From Azolla caroliniana (taxonomy: Eukaryota > Plantae > Polypodiophyta), in contig JBHGNT010000020.1 in assembly GCA_043228905.1 (NCBI GenBank), positions 5,890,001 to 5,954,000 of the forward strand: a stretch of DNA of 64,000 nucleotides, read 5' to 3'. A program made the position numbers and the translations under genes. Position 1 is the stretch's first letter. The number at the start of each line of letters is the position of its first letter. Shown here one piece after another: positions 12,801 through 23,000 of the stretch. Under the pieces are notes generated by a model. That model had not been told where the DNA came from and ran no database searches. It saw only the letters and a program-made list of their open reading frames with translations.

Positions 12801-15147
12801 CTCGATTCTCTTGGTGCTGATGTTGGGTGTGATGTGGCTGCTTGTTTGCCATACTGGCAATGCTCGCAGAATTGATGGTCGGAGAAGGAGAGTTTGGGGA
12901 TGTATCCGGCTCTAGATAGGTGCGTGATGCCGGCCTTGCTGAGGTGTCCTAATCTTCGGTGCCATAGTGATGACACAGGAATATCCACCAAGAACAGGTT
13001 ACCCTCTCTGAGCGTAACATGTAACGGATACAGGGAGTGTATCTTGGGTCCTCTAGCAAGTAGGAGGTTCCCCCTGTGGAGTGTCCACCCTCCCGAAGAA
13101 AAACCGGCACGAATGCCGTCTTCATCTAGTTGTCCGACTGAGATCAATGGCCTTGAGAGCTCGGGTACATGTCGGACATTGTGGAGTACAAGTGTAGAGC
13201 CACCTGCAAGGTTGAGCTCTACTGTGCCGATTCCGATGATGTCACAGTGTTGTGAGTTGCCGACCCGAACTGAGTCGGAGTGACGGATCGTATATTGCCG
13301 AAATTGGGACCGATGGGGAGTCACATGAAATGACGCGCCCGAGTCCAAGAGCCATGTGCTCGATTCTTCAGTCGTGAGCAGAATTTCTGAGCCGACTGGG
13401 TTTTCGATTGATAGTATGTTCGGGTCGTCCGGTAGCACATCAGCTGAGAAGCTGACGTAATTGATCTCCTCATGCCGGCCACTCTTCTTGTTGTTCTTGT
13501 TCTTGAGTGCGCGGCAGTCGGCTTTGATGTGTCCGGGTTTCTTGCAATAGTTGCAGATTCGGTTGTCCCGTGACTGGCTCCGTCTTCGCTGATTGTTCGG
13601 CGGTCGTGAGGAATCTCTTCCTCGTATGTTCGATCGGTCTGTCGAACCTTGTACTACGTAAGCGTCGTCTGTTGAGTCTTTGGCGAAAGACTTTCTCCGA
13701 GCTGCTTCGGTCAGGATTGCGCTCGTGACTTCGGAGTATTTAACAGCCGTGGTTGACGCGTTGCACACGGTTGTAACGAAAGTTTCCCATGATGAGGGAA
13801 GACTGCTCATGAGTATCATGGCTCTGAGTTCATCCTCGATTGCCGTCCCCTGTGACGAGATTTGGGAGCTTATGCTTTCGTACTCATTGAGGTGTGCTTG
13901 AACCGAATCGGATTCTTTCATCCGCAAGTTGTAGAGGCGCCGGATCAGAAACATCTTCGTTGCGGCGACCTTCTTTTCGTAAGTGTCCGACAGGGTTTTC
14001 CACAGTTCGAATGCTGTCGTACACGATTGCACCGTAAAGTATACCGATTCCGATAGGTGCATCCGAATCGTGGCGCGGACGATTCTGTCCAGCTTCTGCC
14101 ACTCAATTGGTTTGTATCCTTCTGGAGGTTCTTCATTTTCGATGGGATCGATTTGCCCCTTGACTATGAGATAGTCCTGCATTTGTTCCTTCCAGAAGTT
14201 GAAGTTCGATCCATCGAACTTTCGTAGACTCATTTCTGACGAGCCGGATGTTGATGCCATCAAATTTGGTTTCGGTTGACGAAGCTCGGTTCGGAGTTGA
14301 CTACGAATCTTGTTGGAGTGCAGCCTGTTGGCTCACCCGATATCGTTCTAGTCGGATTTGAACCCGAGTCGGTTCGGCTTCGGATATATATATTGTTGAA
14401 CTTGCTCGAATTGACTCCGGTAACTTGAGGGACAGAACCGACTGGTCTTCCCGAATGTTGCCGAGTCGGAGTGAGCCCGGTTCGCTTCGGATATATGTGC
14501 CGAATACCGATTATTGAAACCGATTATCTTGACCGATTCTGCTTCGGTTGACTGCAGCGATGAGAGAGACGGATCCGACTGATCCTCCCGAATGTCGATC
14601 AGCTAGATGAAGCACGAATTTGGGTTGTTGTCAAAGTTGCACAAGGGGATTTCACCTCGAGCGGTTACGATCACAAGGGACAGAGTACGACCTGCTGGCT
14701 TACTCCAAGCAAGAGGATCTAACGCAATGAGATGCAAACCTGGTTTTTTTTTTTTTTTTTCCTCTTCTCTCTTCTTCGAATGACGCAGGAAACCGAATGC
14801 AGAGACGACGGCCGACAGCGGATTGAAGGACCGACTACTGTGCAGGCTCTGATACCAGATGTTGGAAGCAATGTCGTCTGTGCGGAAGATCTTGAAGCAC
14901 TCGATTCCTGTTTATTCCCTGTGTATGACAGAATGTAGGTCGTTGCACAGAGAGAGAGAGAGAGAGAGAGAGACACACAGAAGAGTTTCTATTTCACAAA
15001 GCAATAATACAACAACCAACCTCACAAAGAGGTTACAAGGTCACTATATATAGTGACCGACTTAGGGCAACTACCCTTTATGCTAATTACAAGAATGGCC
15101 AAATACGAGATAGTGTAAATACGTCCATTATACACATGTATTCGACA
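9768..15147 (-). mobile_element. Intact, young Ty1/copia element B
   Basis: LTRs 9768-10053 and 14860-15147 (TG..CA; one substitution plus a microsatellite change), TSD TCCCA (9763-9767, 15148-15152), PBS TGGTATCAGAGC at 14846-14857, PPT from 10054. Confidence 0.97.
10247..14263 (-). CDS. Gag-Pol polyprotein of copia B (1338 aa)
   Basis: Uninterrupted ORF: CCHC knuckle (CNYCKKPGHIKADC), protease WLLDSGASFH, integrase HSDVCGP..RTDNGGEF..AERMNRT, RT LYGLKQ/YVDD, RNase H YTDSDFAG..KHIDVRYHF, in copia domain order. Confidence 0.97.
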   Translation of the reverse strand: MMASTSGSSEMSLRKFDGSNFNFWKEQMQDYLIVKGQIDPIENEEPPEGYKPIEWQKLDRIVRATIRMHLSESVYFTVQSCTTAFELWKTLSDTYEKKVAATKMFLIRRLYNLRMKESDSVQAHLNEYESISSQISSQGTAIEDELRAMILMSSLPSSWETFVTTVCNASTTAVKYSEVTSAILTEAARRKSFAKDSTDDAYVVQGSTDRSNIRGRDSSRPPNNQRRRSQSRDNRICNYCKKPGHIKADCRALKNKNNKKSGRHEEINYVSFSADVLPDDPNILSIENPVGSEILLTTEESSTWLLDSGASFHVTPHRSQFRQYTIRHSDSVRVGNSQHCDIIGIGTVELNLAGGSTLVLHNVRHVPELSRPLISVGQLDEDGIRAGFSSGGWTLHRGNLLLARGPKIHSLYPLHVTLREGNLFLVDIPVSSLWHRRLGHLSKAGITHLSRAGYIPKLSFSDHQFCEHCQYGKQAATSHPTSAPRESRPLDLVHSDVCGPMPHQSLGGASYFVTFIDDSTRKVWAYPIRTKDRVFSIFTDWLAMIENQTDRKLKCLRTDNGGEFKSEEFVKFCRQRGIRREFTAPHSPEQNGIAERMNRTIQERIVSMLQHSGLSDGFWAEALLTAVHIINMSPSRPLGLQIPQELWIGSKPNYDKLRIFGCEAYALIPKDDRRKLAPRSRKCIFLGYGSDGEMGYRLWDPERRQIVRSSDVVFNESAMNPSVEKPIEVRRVTFSDVPTLQEGPALNTRSASRVAEPYTTDSDNSDSAQQTNPLSDHPTTIPDATSPIMPRRSERLSQPPERYSPGVFFTDAGEPTSYEEASTSVDSATWHLAMESEMHSIRANKTWDLVELPRNRRALPCKWVYRLKETSDSTTPKYKARLVAKGFRQEYGVDFDEIFSPVVKMTTLRFLLGVVAADNLELIQLDVKTAFLHGDLEEEIYMEQPKGFVATGQEHLVCRLRKSLYGLKQAPRQWYKKFDDFIQSIGFSKSDEDHCLFTNTAQDGSPIFLIIYVDDMLISGRHAGELADLIRQLRLKFAMKDLGPARHILGMKISRHRDKRYLFLSQTDYIGRVLERFNMQSAKSASTPLPMNLRLSQRDCPTSGPEGEDMKSVPYAPAVGSLMYLMVATRPDISHAVGVVSRFMHNPGRSHWNAVKHVFRYLVGTKDHGILFGPNRTSGVVGYTDSDFAGCIDSRKSTTGYCFKFGNGAISWKSKLQECTATSTTEAEYVAASDAAKEALWLGRLAHTFRQVEHDSAPVVYSDSQGAVALSKNPVHHNASKHIDVRYHFVRDCVISGKIGLEKISTTDNVADGMTKCLSADRFRSLRHQMGVTTNQSG

Positions 15148-15306
15148 TCCCAACTATCCGGAAGGGACCCAAGCAATAACAATTCCAATACCTCGTCGGC
15201 TAGCAGTACTTCGAGCGAGGTAGTCTGGTTTATCAGCCCCTAGAAGGCATTCATATGCTTTGCCATGATGGTGTCGTCTTGATACTGAAGCCTCACTATG
15301 TTCCAG

Positions 15307-16530
15307 TGTCGTGAAGATCCGTCACTACATGCGGATCGTGAGGCGGAACCGTTGGGGTTCTAGACCGGAAGGACTCAAAGTTTGCACTAGCTTTAGCGAG
15401 AAAGGAATTAAGATAGATTGAAAGAGATTGAGATTGAGATAAGATAGAATGCTTGACTTTAGATTGAGAGAGATTAAGATTGAACTCTTGACTTTAGATT
15501 TGAAGAACAAGATTGATACATCAATTAGATAACGAATTTCTTACTTTTTATTTCTTGATTAATACCTCGCTTTCGTTTTTCTTCTTCATCCACTCTTTTA
15601 TGACGCCCCATGCATATGATGCATGTGAGGGTACGAGACATGCATATAATGCATGTGATGCATGTTTGCCATTTGGCGCTCATGCATTACATGTGATGCA
15701 TGATATGTCACTCAATCAAGCTCTAATATGAGAATTTATATGTAAAAGTATAATGATAGAAAAAACATTTCTAAGGAAATGACTAAGCTTAGTGGTAAGT
15801 CTATTGCCTCCTATCTTGGGGGTGTAAGGTTCAAGCTTTGATTGCATCCCTTTATATACAAACTTTTACTAGGTTTTTTTTTTCTAGATATTTTGTTCGT
15901 TTCACACCGAAATCGTCGCGATCAACTTATCTTATCAATCCGTCTATCCAGTCCATCTGGTCCGCATCCAACCCGGTGATCCGGTTACGGTTCCGTCGTC
16001 GTTCGGTGCCGTCCGATTCTGGCTCCGTCGCCGTCGCCGTCTGGTGCCGGTGTCGGTTCCAGTTCTGGTTCCGTCGCCATCGCCGTCTAGTGCCGGTGTC
16101 GGTTCCAGTTCCGGTTCCATCGTCGTTCGTCCATCCGTCCAAAACACTATTTGAATAACTTTGCCGCATCCATTCATCCAAGTCATACAACCCAACCCTT
16201 CTATGCTCCTAGCACTTAGATAAAATATAAAGAGATATGGCTCTACTTATATACTCTTACATCCTGATGTTGTCCTATCTATGTGGGATATCTCACAATT
16301 TTGTTTTTCTCTTCTTCTTCTCAAACTTCACATTCACATAACTTGACACTAATTCGTCCATTTCACATGTAGTAAAATGCATTCGGAAGCTCTTGAAGAC
16401 ATCCTTCTTTTCATACCAAGATATAAAATAATATCTTCATTATTATTGTTCCATATTTTGTGAGAAGAACCACACTGGATTCCGTATGTTCCTCACAAGT
16501 TTCACAATATCGCCGAAAATCTTCACGACA
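15307..16530 (-). mobile_element. Probable solo LTR (1224 bp) with 12-bp terminal IR and 4-bp TSD
   Basis: TGTCGTGAAGAT...ATCTTCACGACA with flanks CCAG/CCGG. Removal restores copia-A gag (ISVLRNIVRLQ). The terminus is shared with the LTR at 61401-62145. Confidence 0.7.
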
Positions 16531-18054
16531 CCGGAGTACCGAGATCCGATTTACGGCGTTCTTGTTCTCCAGCATTGTGTCGATCTTCTCCCAAACCTCA
16601 TTGGCCTTATTCTCTTCATTAAAGTTATTGTACAAGCTCATCTTGATGAAGCACCGAATGCATGTCGTCATCTTCATGTGCATTACTTCCTTGGTTGTGG
16701 CATCGATCTTGTCCAGTCTTTGTCCCCAAACTGTATCGATAGCCAGAGATCTTTGACCACCAATATGTCCCTCATCGTTGACTTCCATACTAGGTAGTTG
16801 GAGCCGGTGAGCTTGAACATGTCGTTGAATGAGTCTTCCATTTTTTATTTTTTATTTTTATTTTGAAGTTTAGAACTTCTCTCTAATACCATATTGGGAG
16901 AAATAGTGCTTGGCTAGAACCGAGTCTCCTAATCACAATAGAAGAATTAGAACAGAGATAAAGATTTATGCACTTACACTCAAAAATGGGTCAACATAGG
17001 ATATTAACGTGGAAACCCTAATCAGGGAAAACCACAGGAGTTCTCTGACTCCGAACAGGATCCCTAAAGAGGGGTACAACAGAATGAGAGTAAGAGGCAA
17101 TGACCTCAAGCTCTGTGTCTTCACCTTCATGTGGTTACAACAGAAACTGATTCAGTTTCTCTCTATCTCGCTCTCACACACTTTGTACAACTATAATGAT
17201 GATCAACGACATAATGAACACTATTGCCCTAGTTATATTTATACTTATATAACTTTAGAACTATTTACAAATATGACCTCAACAGTCATGTCTGAATATA
17301 TTTACTAATATGGTACTATTTGTTGGTTCATACTGGATCCGGCCGAACTCCTTTCGGATCCATCCGATCCGGTTCCTTCCTTCGACTCGTCTCATTCGCA
17401 TCCAGATCCCATCCGGAGGGACCTGTTTCTGAACATATCTGGAGTTCGGTAGCTTTTGCGGACCAGTCATTCCAACCTCGTTATAGCCTGTCAAATATCA
17501 TCTAGAGGGCACTGTCTTTCATTGTTTCGAGTAGCATTCGGATCCTCTCCTCCAACATTTCTGTCTTTGCACACATATGCTCGATGGTTACTTGTGTTAT
17601 TTTGCTTGCGGCGCGTACCGGTCTTGGATGAGGGCCCATATTCGTTCGCGGGATGTCCAATTCCTTGGTGTACATCTCCTCCATCCGAGCCATTTCGTTC
17701 CGTATGTGGGATTGAATTTCCTCCACCAATTTATTCTCGACTGCCATCTGTTGTTCATACCACTCCTTTTGCTTTGACTTCGCCTCGCCAAGTTCTGCGA
17801 TCATTTGTTCGGCACGTGAGGTAGCCGTTTTTTGTTCGTCGAGGACTGTTATGGTCCGGTTGTGCGCTATCATGAATGCATTGGCCTTGTCCTTGAGAGT
17901 CTTCGCATTTTTTCGGGTCGTGGCCTCAACACCTTTCTCGTGATCCAAGGACTTTCAAAGTTCCGACTAGAACCATTCAATCTCCATTTCCGTCAATGCC
18001 ACTACATTCTTTGCTTTAGCTGCAATTGCTTGTTGGGCCTCTACCTCCTCGCGT

Positions 18055-18580
18055 TGTCGCATTGTTACGCGCGTGTGTGTAGAAGGGGCGGGACCACGGG
18101 GGTCTTGGACTAGGGAGAAGAGGAGAAAGAATAAGATATGAGAAATGGAAGCTTAACACCAGATGAGAAGATGAAGAGTAGCACATAAGCATCAACCAAA
18201 ATAGATGGAAGCAAGATCCACAACAAGATATATTAAAACGAACGATTGATTACAACGATGGTGGACGCATGGACCGCACCAAAACTATGAGAAAACCCTA
18301 ACCGGGGATGAACAAGGAGACCCTAAACGAAACCCTAACCCTAAAACGGTAAGAACTCTACACTAAGTGGTATACCTTTCATATGCAAAATAGGAAACCC
18401 TTCATAAGTGACCCCTCCCTTCCTTTTATAGCCCAAGGAGGGAGGGACCTTACAATGTGGGATAAATTTTCCCCTCTTATTTCTATACACCATTTCCTAG
18501 TATACGTGTGCACATGTTGCACACCACCGACTTGCCCTTTCCACCCCGGTTTCTGCCTATGGATGAAAATCTTCACGACA
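18055..18580 (-). mobile_element. Solo LTR (526 bp) with 4-bp TSD
   Basis: TGTCGC...CTTCACGACA with flanks GCGT/ACGT; homologous to 61401-62145 and 28712-28873. Confidence 0.85.
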
Positions 18581-19665
18581 ACGTAATACCCGGCTATCAT
18601 CCATGTGGGTCGCGGATGTGGCGCTTTGTAGTTGTAGTTGTAATTCGACCATACCTTCTTGCAGCTCCTGTACCTACTGCTTGTGCTCCATCTCCGTCCG
18701 TCTCCTTGTTTATTCTTGTATTCCATGTCCTTTGCTCCGAGTAGCACCTAAGACAACTATTGGTGCACTTCGACCAAGGCCATGTGTAGTGCGGTAGTTC
18801 AATTGTCATGTGGCCTCCGTCCGCATGCCGTTTCTAGCCGATCTTGCTCAAGGCATTCTCCTCTTCAAGTTCTATTAATCCAGCAATAGCGTATTGGATC
18901 ATTTGTCGCTCTGTGTGTTCTTCGGCCAAGTCCCTAGCCTCTACGACCTGTTGCATTGCAAGGAATTCAACCAGTTTAAACGTTGTGCCGAGGTGCAAGA
19001 TGGTCGTGAATTCGTGCATGACGGCCGGGATTTCTCGATAAGAGAGGACTTCTCTCTCTTGGATTAGGGACCCTTTCCCTCGTTTGAGCTTCCCAGTGAG
19101 TGTCGTTCCCTCGATCGTGTCCGGAACGATTGTTGTTGATGCCTCAATGGGTGCCTCCGTGGCCGGCTTCGAGGTTACGTCTTTAGGCAGGCCTTGGCTA
19201 TTTTTTCGATCCAAACAGCGGTGTTTTCGGCTTTGTTCTTCGAGGAGGCTCCTCTCTGTTATGTTTGCTCCTCTACTGGTTAGCCTATGCGGTTTCCATT
19301 TGTTGTTCCACGGAAATGGAGGTGTTGATTACCGATTTGATCGGCCGGGAGGGTGCGGTTTTTTTAGGCCACTCACTTTCTTCGTCTTGCCACTCCTTCA
19401 TCCAGAGTTCACCAAGTTGCTTCTTTTGGCCAGAGATTGGTGTCTGTGTTGCGGCTTGGCTACCTATATTGGGGGTTGGGAGTGTTGTGACAAGCGGAAA
19501 CAATATTGTCAAGTATGGTGCGATGATAGGAATCATTTTCTTCCCCACTTGTAGGGAGATCAGCCCAGCCCGTAAGGCCGCACTGGTGATGTATCCCCAA
19601 TTGATTGGGGCTACACCTGCTTTGTGTTTTGGCAACGCATGTGGCCTCCAACATGAATTTGGCAA

Positions 19666-21583
19666 TGTCAAGATTCGAACTCTTGACATAACCATGTTAT
19701 AATCGAGTGTTATGTGTTAACCAGACATCTAGCATATAATCATGTATATACTTCCTCATTGTAGGTTTTAGGTAGCATCATGTGCATAATTTCTCCCTTG
19801 TATTATTAACACTTGGCACATGCATGCGTACCTACTACCTACATGCTCTATTGTATCACATGCGTGCAATAGGTATGCATACCACTTAGTATAAATAGTT
19901 GAGTTCACCTTGAAGGAATTCAAGGTGAACAACGCCAATCATGGACATATCAATCTAGTATTCTCGTTTCGCCCATCTTCTCTCCTTAATCTTCATCTCT
20001 ATCTTTATGCTCTTGTGTCATTCCGTCATCGCTCCATCGTAGCCTCATCATTAGTGCTCCGTCTTAGTCTGCACTTGGTGTGTCCGTGACAGTTTGTTCA
20101 CCTTCCAACTAGAAGCATCACCCGTCTCCATCATCGCCCTTGCTTCCAAAGTTACCATCGTCAACATCCCTTCATTGTCTCTATTTTTTAGTTTCTCCTC
20201 ATCATTGTCTCTATTTTTTAGTTTCTTTCCCGTTCGTGTTCATGTTCTAGTTCCCAGTGAGGGCCGCACAAGGCCACTCACTCCCGTTGGTGTTCGTGTT
20301 CCAGTTCCCGGTGAGGTCCGCACAAGGCCGCTCACTCCCATTGGTGTTCGTGTTCCAGTTCCCGGTGAGGGCCGCATGGTCGCTCACACCCATTCGTGTT
20401 CGAGTTCCCGGTGAGGTCCGCACAAGGCCGCTCACTCCCTTTGGTGTTTGTGTTCGAGTTCCTAGTGAGGGCCGCATGGTCGCTCACGCCCGTTTGTGTT
20501 CCTGTTCCCAGTGAGGGCCTCACATGGCCGCTCACTCCCATTTGTGTTCCTGTTCCCGGTGAGGGCCGCACATGGCCACTCACTCCCGTTCGTGTTCGTG
20601 TTCCCGGTGAGGGCCGCATGGTCGCTCACTCCCGTTCGTGTTCCAATCTCTGGTGAGGACCGCACATGGCCGCTCACTCCAACTATTGTTCGTGTTCTAG
20701 ATCCCAGTGAGGACCAACATGGTCGCTCATGCCCGTTGTTGTTCATGTTCCAGTTCCCGGTGAGGACCACACATGATTGATTACTCCCGTTCGTGTTCCA
20801 TTTCTCAGTGAGAACAACATGGTTGCTCACGCCCGTTGGTGTTCGTGTTCCAACTCTCAACGAGGACCGTTCCAGTTCCCGGCAAGGACCCCACATGGTT
20901 ACTCATGCCCCTTGGTAATCATGCTCCCCGTGAGGACCGCACATGGTCGCTCACAACCGTTGATATTTGTGTTCCAGTTCTAGGCGAGGACCACACATGG
21001 TCGCTCATGCCCATTGGTGTTAAATACCTCGTCTTGTGGAAGGGTTACTCCTTGTCTAGGATTTACAAAATACTTTGGAGGTGATCTAAGATTTTCATCA
21101 ACAATATCCCCTTAAGCCGGCAAACGATTTGGGAAGGCATCGTTGGAGGGGGGATAATGTCAAGATTCGAACTCTTGACATAACCATGTTATAATCGAGT
21201 GTTATGTGTTAACCAGACATCTAGCATATAATCATGTATATACTTCCTCATTGTAGGTTTTAGGTAGCATCATGTGCATAATTTCTCCCTTGTATTATTA
21301 ACACTTGGCACATGCATGCGTACCTACTACCTACATGCTCTATTGTATCACATGCGTGCAATAGGTATGCATGCCACTTAGTATAAATAGTTGAGTTCAC
21401 CTTGAAGGAATTCAAGGTGAACAACGCCAGTCATGGACATATCAATCTAGTATTCTCGTTTTGCCCATCTTCTCTCCTTAATCTTCATCTCTATCTTTAT
21501 GCTCTTGTGTCATTCCGTCATCGCTCCATCGTAGCCTCATCATCCATGCTCCGTCTTAGTCTGCACTTGGTGTGTCCGTGACA
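19666..21583 (+). mobile_element. Non-autonomous LTR element (TRIM-like, 1918 bp) derived from a chromovirus
   Basis: Near-identical 426-bp LTRs 19666-20091 and 21158-21583, TSD GGCAA/GGCGA, PPT GGAGGGGGGA at 21145-21154. No gag/pol, but a chromodomain remnant KYLVLWKGY..DFHQQYPLKP at about 21020-21120. Confidence 0.92.
20230..21020 (+). repeat. Tandem array of about 16 units of 46-54 bp, each with an internal palindrome
   Basis: Consensus TTCGTGTTCCAGTTCCCG-GTGAGGGCC-GCACAT-GGCCGCTCAC-TCCCGTTGGTG; the units degrade towards the 3' end. Confidence 0.95.
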
Positions 21584-23000
21584 GGCGACATCCCGGAAAA
21601 AAATGTTTGGTGCCTACTGGATCGTATATGCCTTGGCAGAGGACGAGTATTCGCCGAAATATTTCTCCAGTTCATTGGTGGGAGGGATCTCCAAGCACCA
21701 GTCCCCAAGCGAGATGAGACCGAGCTTCTTTCGGACCATGGCATTTGTGATGGTGTCGATGTTCAGCTTGGTGCCATTGTCCTAAGCGTTGGGGTGGGGG
21801 TGAGCTTCGACAACACGGATGTAACCTGCCAAGCCGTGAGCGATGAGCCACTGGCGGAGGGTAGGTGGAATATCAATAGCCATGGGGATAGACAGATTGT
21901 GTGCTGAGTGCAAAGGGTGAGCCTGGGCTATACAGTGCGAGCGGAAAGATTGGGGAAATCATTATCACAACCCGCGGCATCCTCTCCATTCTTGATGCGG
22001 CTTAGGTAGTCTACTACTACATGTTGAGTTCCTAGCCTCTACTAAATTTTGAAGTAACAACATCCATCTACCCAGCTTCCCTGTGAGCGACTATTTGGAA
22101 ACAAGGTACGGGAGGGCCACATGATCCACGTGAAACACAAACTTTTGGCCCAGTAGGTAGTGTCGAAATTTGTTTATGTTGTAGATCATACCTAGGGCTT
22201 CCCATTTGATTGTGGAGTAGTTTCATTCGGAAGTCAAAAGTTTTTGGCTCAAATAATAGAACGGCCAATACCAGTTCGGCTCGGTCAATTGCATTAGAGC
22301 ATTGCCGATTGCGATGATCAATGTGTCAACAAACACGTGGAACGGGAGCGTCCAATCCAACGGTTGGATGATTGGTTCTTGTGTTAGCATGACCTTCAGA
22401 GCCATATATGCTTTCTCCTCTGTTTCCATCCATTGGAATGGTGTATAGTGCACTATCACGTGCAGAGGTGTAGCGAAGTCGGCTAGATAGAGCAACATCT
22501 GACTATGCCATTGGATCTGTCTGAGGACGCAATTTAGGGGCTTTGCATTTTTTGGGGCCGGTGCTTCGATGATCACCTTGATTTTCCCCGGATCGACCGC
22601 AATGCCTTCGCTACTTACTATATGGTTGTGGAACGCCATTTGTGACGCCGAACGCACGCTTAAGCCTCATTGATCAACATCAATCCAAACATAACCGCAA
22701 ATGCCGAAGATGTTCTCTTCTTGTGCTATAAACCGCGAAGTCGGTGAGGAAGACCTGCATAAAGGCAGGTATATATTTGTTGAAAATCTCCGTGATGATG
22801 TGTTGAAAGGTTGTTGATGCAGTTTTGAGCCCGATCATCATCACAATTACTACAAATACACCCCAATCTATTAGAACGTCTTCTTCTCCTGGTCAACCAG
22901 TGCATACGAATCTGATTGTAGCCATTGAAGCCATCTAAAAAACTACATACATTTTGTGGACGGCTACCGCGTCCAACACCCCATCCGCGAACGGTAAAGG

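Larger units (their letters stand above)
67..17435 (-). mobile_element. Degenerate Ty1/copia element A, interrupted by nested insertions
   Basis: 3' LTR 67-320, PPT 323-330, RNase H/RT 330-1107 and 6896-7800 (LLYVDDMLI, KKSLYGLK), integrase/protease/gag 8000-9767, gag 15148-15306 and 16531-16841, decayed iMet PBS 16881-16891, 5' LTR about 16892-17435 homologous to 67-320. Many stops and frameshifts. Confidence 0.9.

Noticed and set aside
15781-15850. Functional tRNA gene (also 28640-28701)
   Set aside because: A/B-box-like motifs only, with no convincing acceptor or anticodon stems; reported as a relic instead.
15307-16530. Ginger/GingerRoot DNA transposon (TGT ends, CCGG TSD)
   Set aside because: The inverted repeat is only 12 bp and the same terminus sits beside a PPT at 62145, favouring a solo LTR; not fully excluded.
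19960-20060. Hammerhead ribozyme (retrozyme) in the TRIM-like LTR
   Set aside because: GAAAC occurs on the minus strand of one LTR only, there is no CTGANGA core, and the spacing does not fit.
20230-21020. CRISPR-like array of palindromic repeats
   Set aside because: The linkers are themselves repeated, so there are no unique spacers; no cas genes; the array lies between LTRs in plant DNA.
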